64,000 nt of DNA, from NCBI RefSeq assembly GCF_001194135.2, contig NC_068998.1:2190684-2254683 (forward strand), read 5' to 3'. Shown here in pieces: positions 13,757 through 26,856 of this stretch. A program made the translations under genes and the position numbers. Below the pieces are notes generated by a model, which saw only the letters and a program-made list of their open reading frames with translations, made no database searches and was not told where the DNA came from. This DNA is from Octopus bimaculoides (Eukaryota). Every line of letters begins with the position of its first letter. Position 1 is the stretch's first letter.

Positions 13757-15699
13757 NNNNNNNNNNNNNNNNNNNNNNNNNNNNNNNNNNNNNNNNNNNN
13801 NNNNNNNNNNNNNNNNNNNNNNNNNNNNNNNNNNNNNNNNNNNNNNNNNNNNNNNNNNNNNNNNNNNNNNNNNNNNNNNNNNNNNNNNNNNNNNNNNNNN
13901 NNNNNNNNNNNNNNNNNNNNNNNNNNNNNNNNNNNNNNNNNNNNNNNNNNNNNNNNNNNNNNNNNNNNNNNNNNNNNNNNNNNNNNNNNNNNNNNNNNNN
14001 NNNNNNNNNNNNNNNNNNNNNNNNNNNNNNNNNNNNNNNNNNNNNNNNNNNNNNNNNNNNNNNNNNNNNNNNNNNNNNNNNNNNNNNNNNNNNNNNNNNN
14101 NNNNNNNNNNNNNNNNNNNNNNNNNNNNNNNNNNNNNNNNNNNNNNNNNNNNNNNNNNNNNNNNNNNNNNNNNNNNNNNNNNNNNNNNNNNNNNNNNNNN
14201 NNNNNNNNNNNNNNNNNNNNNNNNNNNNNNNNNNNNNNNNNNNNNNNNNNNNNNNNNNNNNNNNCATCAGTTCTGATCTCTGAAGGCAATATTTTCCCAA
14301 AGTACTTCTCTCTATCTTCCCCCACCCCAACTCATCTTTCAACTTCTTCTATAAAGTAAATTGTTCAATATTTCTATCTCTCTATCCATCTATCTTTGTA
14401 GAATTGTATCCATTTTGGGATTAACTCTTCACTTATCTCTATCAATCTCTACCTGCCTGTCAGTCTAGCTATAAAGCTGTCTATCTGTCTGCTTGTCTAT
14501 CTATATCTACTTATTTATCTGTCTATCCATTTGCTTATCTATCTTCCTATCTATCTATCTACTTTTCTACCTACCTACCTACCTGCCTACCTACCTACCT
14601 ACCTACCTACCTACCTACCTACCTACCTACCTATCTATCTATCTCCCCCCTCACTCTCCCCCTCTCTCTTGGTGGAACATCTACCTAAAGGTTATATTCT
14701 TGTTTTCTTTCTCAAATATCTTTGTGTATGCTATTGGGCATTTTATCATATAACTTTGGCTGTTAAAGAGCAATAGGTTAAACACTTTTCATTCTCTCTC
14801 ACTCACTCTCTCTCTCACTCACTCAATCTCTCTCTCTCACTCACTCTCTCTCTCACTCACTCTCACAAGCTCAATGAAAAGTTTTCTATCTAAAGTTTTA
14901 TGACTGTCACTGAAGTTGAATCATTATTATTATTATTATTATTATTATTACAGCCAAGGCAGAATTATTGACACTGATAACTTAGCGTCAATTCATCTCT
15001 TCCACCTGTCCATCTTTGCCTTTCGTCCTTTCTGAATCAATAAAATAAAGTACAGGCAAGTACTGGGGTCGATATAACCAACTACCGTACTTCTCCAAAA
15101 CTCCAGGCCTTGTACCTAGAGTACAAAGGAGGACGATGATTACTACTACCACCACCTCTAGCCTCGACCATCACTTCATTGTTGGAATACGTCTTCCAAG
15201 GCAAGGTGTGGTTGAGGTTGATTTGGTTGCTATTTCTAGCAGATTGAATGATCACGTGGGGGCTCCCTCATTGTTGAGGACAATGCCAATGATGATGATG
15301 ATGATGTTACTTACTGCTGCTGCTGATTCAAAGACAGTGATGAATGTGATTATAATGACCACACCGCCCTTCCCCCCACCCCCACAAAGAGATAGTCTTT
15401 CATATCTAAGTTATTCTCAGTTATGTTGATTAAGCTGTCATTAGATTATTAATGACTCAGGAGTCCAACAACAGTCTGACTCATTAGCAGTCACCTCACA
15501 CTACCCCCCCCCCCCCNNNNNNNNNNNNNNNNNNNNNNNNCCCCCCACTAAACTGCTGCTGCGTACCCCTGAACTTATACCACCTCATGCTACTTCTTTA
15601 CTCTACCTCAGTCTACCCCGCTTACACACTCTATGTCTGACTACCCACCCCCTACACCCTTCATCCTCACCTTCTCTATTTTCTCCCCCCCCCCTCTCT

Positions 15700-15875
15700 G
15701 CATGGCTCTGTGGTTAGGAAGTTTGTTTCCCAAACTGCGTGATTCTGAGTTCAGTCCCACTGCACGACACCTCAGGCACGTGTCTTCTACCATGGTCTTG
15801 TGTGTGGAATGGATCGATGGAAACTAAAAGAAACCTGTCATGTATGTGTGTGTGTTTGTCTCCCTGTTGTGACAA
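15700..15875 (+). mobile_element. SINE family A, 5' part
   Basis: gcatggctctgtggttaggaagtttgtttccc..gttcagtcccactgcacgacacc. Confidence 0.7.
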
Positions 15876-17541
15876 TTGTAAATGAATCTTCCCTCACCCC
15901 ATAAGAGTGGTATTCTTTGTTTTTAATTTTTTGTGAAACCATGCTTGGCTATGGAGGAAATCTTACCTTCATTGCAAATGTGAAGTTGGTGACAGGAAGA
16001 GCATCCGCATCAAATTCTGTCCAAACCATCTGAGCAAGAAAAGTAGACATTAAAGCAATGACAGTGATGTGTGCACATATGCATATGCTTGCACACACAC
16101 ACACACACACACGCACACACACGCACACATAAATATATATTTCATTATTGCCCACAAGGGGCTAAACATGGAATTTGAACTCAGAACACGCTAAGCATTT
16201 CGCCTGGTCTGCTACCAATTCTTCCAACTCTTTGCTATAAATATATAAACCACAAAAAGTCAGGACATATGAGGGAGAAATATATTTGACTGCTTGACAT
16301 CCTTAGAGTTACAGCTGTTTCACAGCATTCTTCATGGAGTCAGTACGCTCATATATATATATATATATAGACACATGGCCCTGGGTGCTGGAATTTGTGT
16401 TTGCATGCTAGAAAGAAACAGCAGCCTACTCTACCTCCGAATCACATCCTCTTCTATACTGGCCAATGTAATTGTAGGGACAGAAAAAAAAAAGGGGTTC
16501 TGATCAGCTGTCATTCATACATGTACTTGCAGGTCTTCTGGAATAGGGCTAACCCAGGGTTAAACAACCACCACCACCTCCACCACTAATATCAGACATC
16601 TACACCTGTCTGGTATTAGGTATAATGTAATCAGACTTCAATGGTCCCACCTGTCTGAACAACTGTGTTTTGGTCAACTACTTTTAAATCTTCCATAAAT
16701 CCACTTGTGTCGACTGGGGGTCTCTGATAACAGATGTTTAACGAATTGGGAGTATCACTTCTATGAAACTGTGTGTATGTATGTTCTTGTTGACCCATGA
16801 TGTGAGTAAACAACTTACAAATGATGTACACTGTGTGTGTGTGTGTGTGAGTGTATGTGTGGAGAGTAAGAGGGGGGAAGATTGCCTGCACCCAGTCAAA
16901 CTGAAAGAAGAATGTACCAATTTTACAAACATTTTTTGCTGTTTTTTTTCTTCTTAAACTTACATGTGTTCTGGCTATTCCAGACACTGTCAATGTTGTA
17001 TAAGAAAGTACATGTGTATATAAGGGTTAAGGTGTATGTCTATGTGTATCAAAGGGTACATGTATATCTGTGTGGGAGTGTAAATGTGTTAGAACATAAA
17101 AGAAGGATAAAAAGTAACCCTAAGACAAAAAAAAAAACCCCACTAAAAAGCCCCTACCTTATCAAACCCCCTACAAAATGCCAACTTGATAACTTGTTCT
17201 GGGTTCCATTGATATTGTATCATCGTTTTAAGACCGATGAGTCAGTCGGCTGTGTAAGCTGATGTTCTTACAGTACAAGTTGGGATATTAAAGCAGGTCG
17301 TTGCTGCTACACAAACAGCTTCTCATTTGCTTTCTTATGTTCTTCCTTAAATTACGGTTATGTTGACATTACAATTGTAGAGTTGCTATTCAATAAACCA
17401 AACATCCTCCCCCAACCTGCTTGATTTCGGCAGGGTAGGCCAGCCTCAAGCTTCTTTCTTAAGCTACTTACCACCTCATAAACACTCTCAACCCATCCAC
17501 CCTCCTCTCTTTCTCTCTCTCTCTCTCTCTCNNNNNNNNNN

Positions 17542-17577
<36 letters not shown>

Positions 17578-17957
17578 CATCACTCCCCCTCTCTCTCTCT
17601 TGCCCTTTTTAAAAATTGTTACTGACCCTGTCCCCCTGTCTTTCTTTTTCTTTTTTGTTTTGGCACACAGTGTTGCTGAACCACATCATCTGCTGTCAAG
17701 TTGCAGGGACACTTATCTGATTGGTCATCTACAGGGGGTTCACTCTGCTTAGGACCCCTTATTCTTAACAAAATACATTTGTCTTTAGGATTCAATTAGT
17801 TTGGAAAACAATCAAGAATTTAGAGAGAGATTCTAATGAAACAAACTTTCTCCATTTACAAATACTTGGAGAGGGTGTTTCCAACACAATTGAGAAGTGA
17901 TCAAAGAAAATCTGGAAGGTTTCAATTTAAACCATTTTAAACAAATGATATATATAC

Positions 17958-18305
17958 AGGTGCAGGCATGGCTTTGTGGTAAGAAGTTTGCTTCCCAACC
18001 ACATGGTTACAAGTTCAATCCCACTGTGTGGCAGCCTCTGGCTGACCAATACCTTGTGAATGAATTTGATAGACAGAAACTGAAAGAAGCCTGTCATATG
18101 TGTCTGTTTGTGCCCCTGCCACTGCTTGACAACCATTGTTGGTGTATTTACATCCCTGTAACTTAGTGGTTCGACAAAAGCAACTGATAAAATAAGTTCT
18201 AGGCTGAAAGGAAAAAAAGTCCTGGGGTCAATTTGTTTGACTAAAACTCTTTAAGGTGGTGCCCCAGCATGGCCGCAGTCAAATGTCTGAAACAAGTAAA
18301 AGAGT
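17958..18305 (+). mobile_element. Full-length SINE family A (tRNA-like head, ccttgggcaag-type core region, ggtgccccagcatggccgcagtc tail)
   Basis: gcatggctttgtggtaagaagtttgcttcccaaccacatgg..gttcaatccc head through gactaaa..ggtggtgccccagcatggccgcagtcaaatgtctgaaacaagtaaaag; motifs recur across the window. Confidence 0.85.
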
Positions 18306-18514
18306 ATATACTTGAGAAAAGTTTGAAGTCTGAATTTTCTGATAATTTTCCACCTTAATGATTAGGTATTAATTAACAAACTGTTAGATGTTTAAAGTTG
18401 TTAACATCTAATGATTTGTGAATATCTAACCATTAAAGTGGAAAATAATTATCAGGAAAGACATTCGTAATCACTTTTCTAAATGTATAGCACTGTCTGG
18501 CAGAGTTTCTAGTT

Positions 18515-18640
18515 TGAGACGATGTGGCTGGGTGGTAAGCTGGCAGGGCCAGGAGCTGCACCAGGCTCCAGTTGTCTGTTTTTGCATGGCTTCTACAGCT
18601 GGATGCCCTTCTTAATGCTAACCACTTTACAGAGTATACA
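18515..18640 (-). mobile_element. Family C SINE fragment
   Basis: ccaggctccagt..ttctacagctggatgcccttcttaatgctaaccac. Confidence 0.7.
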
Positions 18641-18965
18641 GGGTGAATTTGATCACTGCATTGAGGGTACGCATGACCGTGGAGCACTCTGCCACTTGCA
18701 CATTAATTTCATAAGCAGGCTGTTCTGTTGATCGAATCAATTGGAACATTCATCATTGTAATCGACAGTGTCACTCTGGGACTGCTGATTCAGATCATCT
18801 TGATAACAATGATGATGGTGATAAATGTGACACCAACGATGGTGGTGGAGGTGCTGGAGTGTGATGACGGTGACAAGGACGAGCAAGATTAATCAGTGAA
18901 GAATTTGTTATTTAAACAGAAAAAAAACCCCCAAACACCACAGAATATTAATCTTGGTGCAAATG

Positions 18966-19001
<36 letters not shown>

Positions 19002-19837
19002 ATTCATCTTGTTGCCATCTTTTGTTTCCCTTTTGTTTTATTTCTGCTTTGTTGTTGTTGTCGGTTCCCTCCCATGTCATTTCCTAATTGACTCTGTGGG
19101 GGTGATACAAACTACTTGGCATAAACTCATTTATCACCTCAGGTTTTGCATCAGCCACCCCCACCACCATCTTCCTGCAGGTGTTTTAAATTCCAGCACT
19201 TGCCAAAAAAAAAAGACAAAAACCAAAAANNNNNNNNNNNNNNNNNNNNNNNNNNNNNNNNNNNNNNNNNNNNNNNNNNNNNNNNNNNNNNNNNNNNNNN
19301 NNNNNNNNNNNNNNNNNNNNNNNNNNNNNNNNNNNNNNNNNNNNNNNNNNNNNNNNNNNNNNNNNNNNNNNNGAATGAATAAATAGATGAATAGGAACTT
19401 CATTTTTTTCAACTCACCTACCTACCTTCCCACCCCTCCCTCTTATTTTGGTAAATTCTAAAAAAAAAAAAGAGCACAAACTAACTTCTGTGTTTATCAA
19501 TGTCAAGGTTAGTTAGAATGGAAACAGCCAATTCCCACCTCATCCCCACTCTGAAGATTATGACTCCAATTTTCTTTTGATGTAAAATACACACAAACCT
19601 GTTTGTCTGTGTCTGTCTACACACACACACACATGCATATATATATATATATATATATTGGGTCATCCCATAAATAATGTGGTTGGTGGGGTTCAAATGC
19701 ATGAACTAAAAGTTGGAGGGGACAGGATAAACTACCTGTATCAACCTACTATAAAAGTGGGTAATAATTTTACCTTCTACTTATTCTTAGTGCAAGTTTT
19801 GAAGAGTGCAGTTCTATTTTAACAGTTATTTTTTCAA

Positions 19838-20612
19838 AGCTATGGAAAGTGCGAGGAATATTAACACAGTATACGAAAGTCAGACAATAAGTGTAAGCGA
19901 GTGTTAACGGTGGTTCCAGAAATTCCAAGCTGGAAATTATAGTCTAGAAGACAAGCTTTGTCCTGGAAGATCTGTAGAGCTCAATAAGGATATTCTGCAA
20001 ACCTTGGTGGAACAAAATCCCATCGTAACTGTTGTGGAACTAGCAGAGAGGCTTGGATTTGGTCAGTCAACCATTCATCGACACCTGCGAGCCATCAGAA
20101 AAGTCAGTAAATTGGGTCAATGGGTTCCTCACAAACTTTCCGAGTCTAATCATGCGCAGAGAGGGAATGTGAGCTCTTCTTTGCTGTGATGTCTCACAAA
20201 TGAACCTTTATTGGACTGAATAGTGACTGGTGACAAGAAATGGGTCCTCTATGAAACTGTCAATCACTGAAGACAGTGGGTAGGGAAAGGAGAAACACCA
20301 GCACCCCAGGCTAAAGAAGGTCTTCACTTACGTAAAGTGTCGTTATGTTTGGTCGGATATGAAAAGTTTAGTCCACTTTGAACTTTTAAACCGAAACCAA
20401 AAGATAACTAAGGAGATCTACTTTGAGCAGCTTGATCGGCTTAAGCCAGCGCTAGAAGAAAAATGACCATCTTTGGTTTCAAGATGAAAGGTGTTCTTCC
20501 ATCAGGATAATGCTTGGCCACATATAGTGAGGATGATATTCCAAATGCTGGAGCAGTCTGAATGGGAAACGATGCTCCACCCACCATATTCGCTGGACAT
20601 TGCCCCATCTGC
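19838..20612 (+). mobile_element. Decayed mariner (Tc1/mariner DD34D) transposase remnant
   Basis: Frameshifted translation shows WFQKFQAGNYSLED, KLGQWVPHKLS, IVTGDKKWVLY, HQDNAWPH and HPPYSLDIAPS; stops and frameshifts present; ends before the third catalytic Asp. Confidence 0.92.
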
Positions 20613-21279
20613 ATTCATCACAAATAAGATGCAGCTTCTTTCGTTTTTAATCCTTTTTTTTTTTTTGTTTTTGTTTGAAATCCTTTCCTTCCAACATACA
20701 ACGAAATCAATGGGAATAACCATTATCATCATTATGGTTTGAAAATTACAAGAATTTCTTTCATCTTTGAAAAACATGCATGAAAATGTACAAAGATTAA
20801 CAAAGATGTTGTTGTTACCGTCTCCTCTGTGTGGTCTGCTGAATGTCTATTAATAGTCATTAAGCTAAAATAGTGACTTTACAGTTCCAACAGAACCAGG
20901 AATTGGTCTGTTATTATTTCATGAATGGTGGAGGAGGACTGTTGGGGAGCGGGGAAGATATTTGGAATAATAATTCCCATCTGTTTGAGAAAACTGGACC
21001 TGTGTCTCCGTAATGGGGTGGCTGTGTATTGGGTGGGTNNNNNNNNNNTGGGTGTGGTGGAGTATGGGAGGTGTAAGGGTGTGAGATAGATGATGCATGT
21101 ATGGGGGTGTGGGGGTGGAGGAGGATGTCAGAATGTAAGAGGGTGTGAAGGGTGTGTTTGAAAGAACATTTATACTACCCCCACCTCTACTAGACCTGAA
21201 AGTCCTCTAGAGGAGATTACTCATAACCATCCTTGTTGATGCCGAAGAATTGTTCTTAGATTGTTGCCTAATGACTCTT

Positions 21280-21438
21280 TCCATTATGAGCACAAAATGC
21301 CTGAGATTTGGATGGGAGGCAGGGTGGGAGAGATGCAATCGACTTCATGGACCCCAGTGCTCAACTAGTGTTTATTTTATTGATCTTGGAAGCGTGAAAG
21401 ACTAAGTTAACCTTGGCATAATTTCAACTCAGAAATCT
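21280..21438 (-). mobile_element. SINE family B copy interrupted by the HINE-like element
   Basis: tgcaatcgacttc..ccccagtgctcaactagt..tttattgatc..gaaagactaagttaacc..aatttcaactcagaa. Confidence 0.65.
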
Positions 21439-21585
21439 CAAAACCTAATCAGTTTGTGCCAGTCACGAGACCAAACATCTCCAAAAGTTTCTTCTGAATC
21501 TATGCAGCGGTTCTTGAGATATCTTGTCCATGGACAAACAAACAAACATGACTGAAAACAATACCTCTGCCTTCGCTACGGTGGA

Positions 21586-21592
<7 letters not shown>
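21439..21592 (+). mobile_element. Helentron/HINE-like non-autonomous element, 3' part
   Basis: (AAAC)n microsatellite followed by the terminal hairpin acctctgcc-ttcgctac-ggtggaggt; second copy at 50030-50175. Confidence 0.45.
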
Positions 21593-21619
<27 letters not shown>

Positions 21620-21767
21620 TTTAGGAAATGCAGAACTCTGTGTAAAATAATACTTTATTTTTACTGTTATTGATGTATATCATTCTTTCACAGAATTATT
21701 TCTAAATTATTTTTTCTTTTTCTGTATTTCTTTCTTTCCTTTTCTCCCTTCCCCTCCCTCAAACTCT

Positions 21768-21816
<49 letters not shown>

Positions 21817-22256
21817 CTGCTAGCTTCCTAAAACATCTTCCTATCATAACATCCCATGATGTCAGTTGTGAAACTGGCATTAGCTATTACATAAACCAGT
21901 GGAAAGAAGATGATGGGGAGGGGGCACCTCACCCACCAACCCTACATTACAACAAACCCGTACAGTTAGGCAACATTACTCGTTAGCAGATTTCGTTAAA
22001 TAGACCAGTGCCAAAATGGTTGGTTCACTTTGATTGGCATAAGTCATTTTCTTTTTGTTTTTTTATTTGACAGATTCATAATTAATTCCAAACTTGTTGC
22101 TATATTTGGTGATTTAATTAAGTAAATGGTGACGAGACAGCTGTCAGGGTTGAAAGCAAACTGGATTAATGGCTGAAGTAGAAGACATTGGGTGTCCAGT
22201 GAAAATCTCTTGAAATGGCCAAAGGACAGCGGAAGGGAGCACGAAATAACACATGA

Positions 22257-22363
22257 GAAGGCATGGCTGTGTGGTAAGAGGTTTGCTTCCCAACCACATG
22301 GCCCTGGGTTCAGTCCCACTGCATGGCACCTGGGCAAGTAACTTCTACTATAGCTTTGGGCTA
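22257..22363 (+). mobile_element. SINE family A head
   Basis: gcatggctgtgtggtaagaggtttgcttcccaaccacatgg..gttcagtcccactgcatggcacctgggcaagt. Confidence 0.75.
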
Positions 22364-22364
22364 T

Positions 22365-22495
22365 ATATCATTCATCATCTTCAGCAGCATCATACTCTAA
22401 TGCCTGTTTTCCATGCTGGCTAGTTGAGGAGCTGTCCAAACTCCACTTGTCTGTTTTGGTATGGTTTCTAGGACTGGATGCCCTCCTCCTTACCA
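22365..22495 (-). mobile_element. Family C SINE fragment
   Basis: catcatc..ttttccatgctgg..ggtttcta..ctggatgccctcc. Confidence 0.65.
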
Positions 22496-22509
22496 TTCTG
22501 GCAGCATCA

Positions 22510-22762
22510 TTGGCACACAGGGTGAAATGCTTAGCAGTGTTTTGCCCGTCGCCACATTCTGAGTTCAAATTCTGCCAAGGTCAACTTCACCTTTCATTCT
22601 TTCAGTGGGTGGGGTCGATAAAATAAATACCAGTTGTGTACTGGGGTCGATGTGATCGACTCATCCCTTCCCCCAAAATTGCTGCCCTTGTGGCAAAATT
22701 TGAAACCAATGTTATTATTATTATTATTATTATTATTATCATTATCATCATCATTATTATTA
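22510..22762 (+). mobile_element. SINE family B copy with (ATT)n tail
   Basis: gaaatgcttagc..ctgagttcaaattctgccaaggtcaac..ggggtcgataaaataaataccagttgtgtactggggtcgatg. Confidence 0.8.
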
Positions 22763-23042
22763 TTAACAAATACTTTTTTTCTTAATTGTAGGAACCAGTT
22801 ATAATTTGTCGAAAACTGCCATTGACCAAGGAAAAGAAAAAAGATAAACAGAGATAAAAGGGACAAAATTAAAACCAGAAATAAATAAAGACGAATAATA
22901 ATAATTAGGATTTACCAAATTTAAATTGAATCACAAGAAAAAGGAAAACAAAGTTCGAAAGAGCAACGTCTTTCATTTGATTTTGTTTCTAAGTTGAGAT
23001 TGCCAACAGATTGTGATGTCATTTCGGTGAAGTTGGTTCAAG

Positions 23043-23183
23043 ATGCCATATGAGGACCAATATGGCAGGACGTGTGGTTTCCTTAATATTGAGGAAGATG
23101 AGAATACGGGAGTGTTTAAAAGGAGGTACTTCCTACTGGATTCCAACACAAACAAACTGCACTACTTCAAGGATAACCCGATA
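23043..23183 (+). CDS. PLEKHA1: TAPP-like coding exon 1 (141 nt, MPYEDQ...KDNPI)
   Basis: ATG at 23043 in aagATGc context, 47 open codons resembling the TAPP N-terminus, donor ATA|gtaagt at 23184. Confidence 0.95.
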
Positions 23184-26100
23184 GTAAGTTGACTTTATTG
23201 TTGTGGCTTTTCATCTTCGTCATCATCATCATCATCATCATCATTGCAATTATCATTCCCATCATCAGCATCATTGTGGTCATCATCTTTATCATCCTTG
23301 ACAGCATTTTTACCATCATCATCATCATCAATATTGCAATTACCATTGTCATCATATTCATTCATCATTGCCACCATCATCATCATCATTGCTATCAAGG
23401 CATTTACGTCAGCCAATTCTTGTACAAGTCAATCTTGAATGTATAGAAATCACTTGGTCTGCTAGAAATAGCAGTCAAATCTCCCTCAAATGACACTACA
23501 GTGCCTAAATAATTACATTTACTATGTTTAAGAAAAAGAAAAAAAGGAAAAAAAAACAGGTGGGTTGGGTCATAGTTGGTATGCTTTTGATCATTGGTCT
23601 GCTGAACCAAGGCTGTCTCGGGGCTAAACAACAACAACAACAACCCAATTCATGTCCCCATTATCTTTCCCCTATTGTCTACTTATTATTTCATTCAGCC
23701 CAATTTACTTGTGAGCTTTTTGAAACTTAGATCAAATTTCAAAAGGTTACAGTGACATTTTGCTTGACTGGGCTTCTGTAAAACAGCCTTCGTAATCCAC
23801 CGCCACCACCACCACCACCGCCACCACCACNNNNNNNNNNNNNNNNNNNNNNNNNNNNNNNNNNNNNNNNNNNNNNNNNNNNNNNNNNNNNNNNNNNNNN
23901 NNNNNNNNNNNNNNNNNNNNNNNNNNNNNNNNNNNNNNNNNNNNNNNNNNNNNNNNNNNNNNNNNNNNNNNNNNNNNNNNNNNNNNNNNNNNNNNNNNNN
24001 NNNNNNNNNNNNNNNNNNNNNNNNNNNNNNNNNNNNNNNNNNNNNNNNNNNNNNNNNNNNNNNNNNNNNNNNNNNNNNNNNNNNNNNNNNNNNNNNNNNN
24101 NNNNNNNNNNNNNNNNNNNNNNNNNNNNNNNNNNNNNNNNNNNNNNNNNNNNNNNNNNNNNNNNNNNNNNNNNNNNNNNNNNNNNNNNNNNNNNNNNNNN
24201 NNNNNNNNNNNNNNNNNNNNNNNNNNNNNNNNNNNNNNNNNNNNNNNNNNNNNNNNNNNNNNNNNNNNNNNNNNNNNNNNNNNNNNNNNNNNNNNNNNNN
24301 NNNNNNNNNNNNNNNNNNNNNNNNNNNNNNNNNNNNNNNNNNNNNNNNNNNNNNNNNNNNNNNNNNNNNNNNNNNNNNNNNNNNNNNNNNNNNNNNNNNN
24401 NNNNNNNNNNNNNNNNNNNNNNNNNNNNNNNNNNNNNNNNNNNNNNNNNNNNNNNNNNNNNNNNNNNNNNNNNNNNNNNNNNNNNNNNNNNNNNNNNNNN
24501 NNNNNNNNNNNNNNNNNNNNNNNNNNNNNNNNNNNNNNNNNNNNNNNNNNNNNNNNNNNNNNNNNNNNNNNNNNNNNNNNNNNNNNNNNNNNNNNNNNNN
24601 NNNNNNNNNNNNNNNNNNNNNNNNNNNNNNNNNNNNNNNNNNNNNNNNNNNNNNNNNNNNNNNNNNNNNNNNNNNNNNNNNNNNNNNNNNNNNNNNNNNN
24701 NNNNNNNNNNNNNNNNNNNNNNNNNNNNNNNNNNNCACCACCGCCGCCACCACCACCACCGCCGCCACCAGTGTTGATAGTGGTGCTTGATATAGTATTA
24801 TATATTTATATTGTGTTGTTGCTTATCTTTGTTGAGTTTCCTTCCTTCACTTCTCTTTGATCTCTCCTTTGCTTTCTATCTATTTGTCTGTCTGTCTTTC
24901 TGTTTCTCTCCCTCTCTCTCTCTCTCTCTCTCATTCAATTGAAAACCTGGACTAATGAACCACAGTCTTTTAAACCATTTTCTTTTTTGTTTTGTTTTGA
25001 ATCCTGAATCAACAAACCAAAATTATTCAGTGTAAAAACAGTCAGACAATTTCTCTCCTAGCAAACCATTCAACCAATTTGTGAGTCAGCCATGAGGTTC
25101 CATAAAATGGCCAGTTCTACAAGTTTTGATTCACTTTGGCATTTATGTAGTCTTAGAAGAGCAAGTTGCAAGAAATGGTACAGTGCTGGATTATGTAGAG
25201 AATTTGGTTTTGTTCTGATGTCATCAGTTTTTGGAATGTGTCTCTTTAATTTATAAAGATTACCAATGTATGTAGAAGGTTGCCACAGATTTTAGCAGAG
25301 AGAAGCTATTAATTGCATCACTTAATCCTGTAGCATTTAAACTGGCTATATCTGACCCGAATGTTCTGTTTTTGTGTTCAAACCAGCCATATCCAGCCTC
25401 TCACACCTACCCTACAATGTCACTCTGAAAATAAACAATCACATCACCAAAATCTCAAAGCTATGAGATTAACAAAGGATTAATTCAAAAGCATTACATT
25501 TGACAGAGTAATCTGAATGCCACAAGATTAACTTTTTAGCATTTGGATTACTCTGTTGTATGTTATGCTTAATTATTTTTAGAATGACATTGAAGGGTAG
25601 GTGTGAGAGGCCAGATCTGGTCAGTTTGAACATAAAACGGGGAGAATATTTGGGCCGGATATGACCTGCTTAATTGCTAAAGGGTTAGGGGATCTTATGA
25701 TCAAAAGCAACACTGGTGGTAGTAATTGAGGTATCATGGTGGAAATGGGGTTGCTAGTTGTGGAGGTTGAGGTGGTAGTGGTGAGAGTAGAGGTAGGAGT
25801 AATGGTACAAAAATGAGAAAAAAGGCCACAGCCAGAGGTTGTACAAAGTGATGGTCAGTCAGTAAAAGGAAGAAAGCTGTTGGGAGAAAGAAATGAGGTT
25901 TCTTTACTTATCAAAAAGACACACAGACAGACAGGCTGTTGTTGTTATTTTATTGTCATCTTATTGCAATGTTTTGTTTTCTTAGCTGTTTATATTTCTT
26001 TTCTTTCTGTTAATTCAACTTTATACAATGTTCAACAACAACTACATCCTGTTGAACATAACAAATTGTACGTCTGTCTGTCTGGCTGTCTTTCTCCCCC

Positions 26101-26766
26101 TCCCCCATCTCATTCTCAACCCCCTCCTATCTCTGTCTGTTTACCCCCCCCTCCACATTTCTTTCTCGTTTTTTACCAATTCCATTCATATAACCATTCT
26201 ATAGTCTACCTACAACAAGTTGGGTTGTTGCCAATGAATTCTTGTGTTACCCCTGCTCCACAAAAACAAATATCCATTTGTTTGTTTGTTTGTAACACCC
26301 CCCATACATGTGTGTGTGTGTATACATGTATAGTATGTATGCATGTGTTTTCAATCTCATCTCATCTTGTTTAAATAAGTTCCTTTCCTCTCCCTAAGCA
26401 CACACACACACACACACATTAAAGATATTTACATGAAGAAAATCAAAGTACTCAATATATAGCAGTGTTAAATAATCAGTGATATAGTCCATTAATGTGA
26501 ATACATCTTGACACGTGTCCATACCACCAACCACTCCAGTATGTACTTGATACATTTTTCTATACAGTTGAGTTTATCAACTTACAATCTTATAATGTAA
26601 GAACTGTAAAACACACACTAGTATATTATCTGACATAAAACTCAATACTTGCAGTAGAGTAAAAAGATAAGTTTACTGTTTGAAGAAGAGACAATTTACT
26701 AGAGTTTTGTCTAGTGACTAACAACCACTGTGTGAAACTAACTTGAGTAAACTGCCCCTTTTAGAT

Positions 26767-26856
<90 letters not shown>

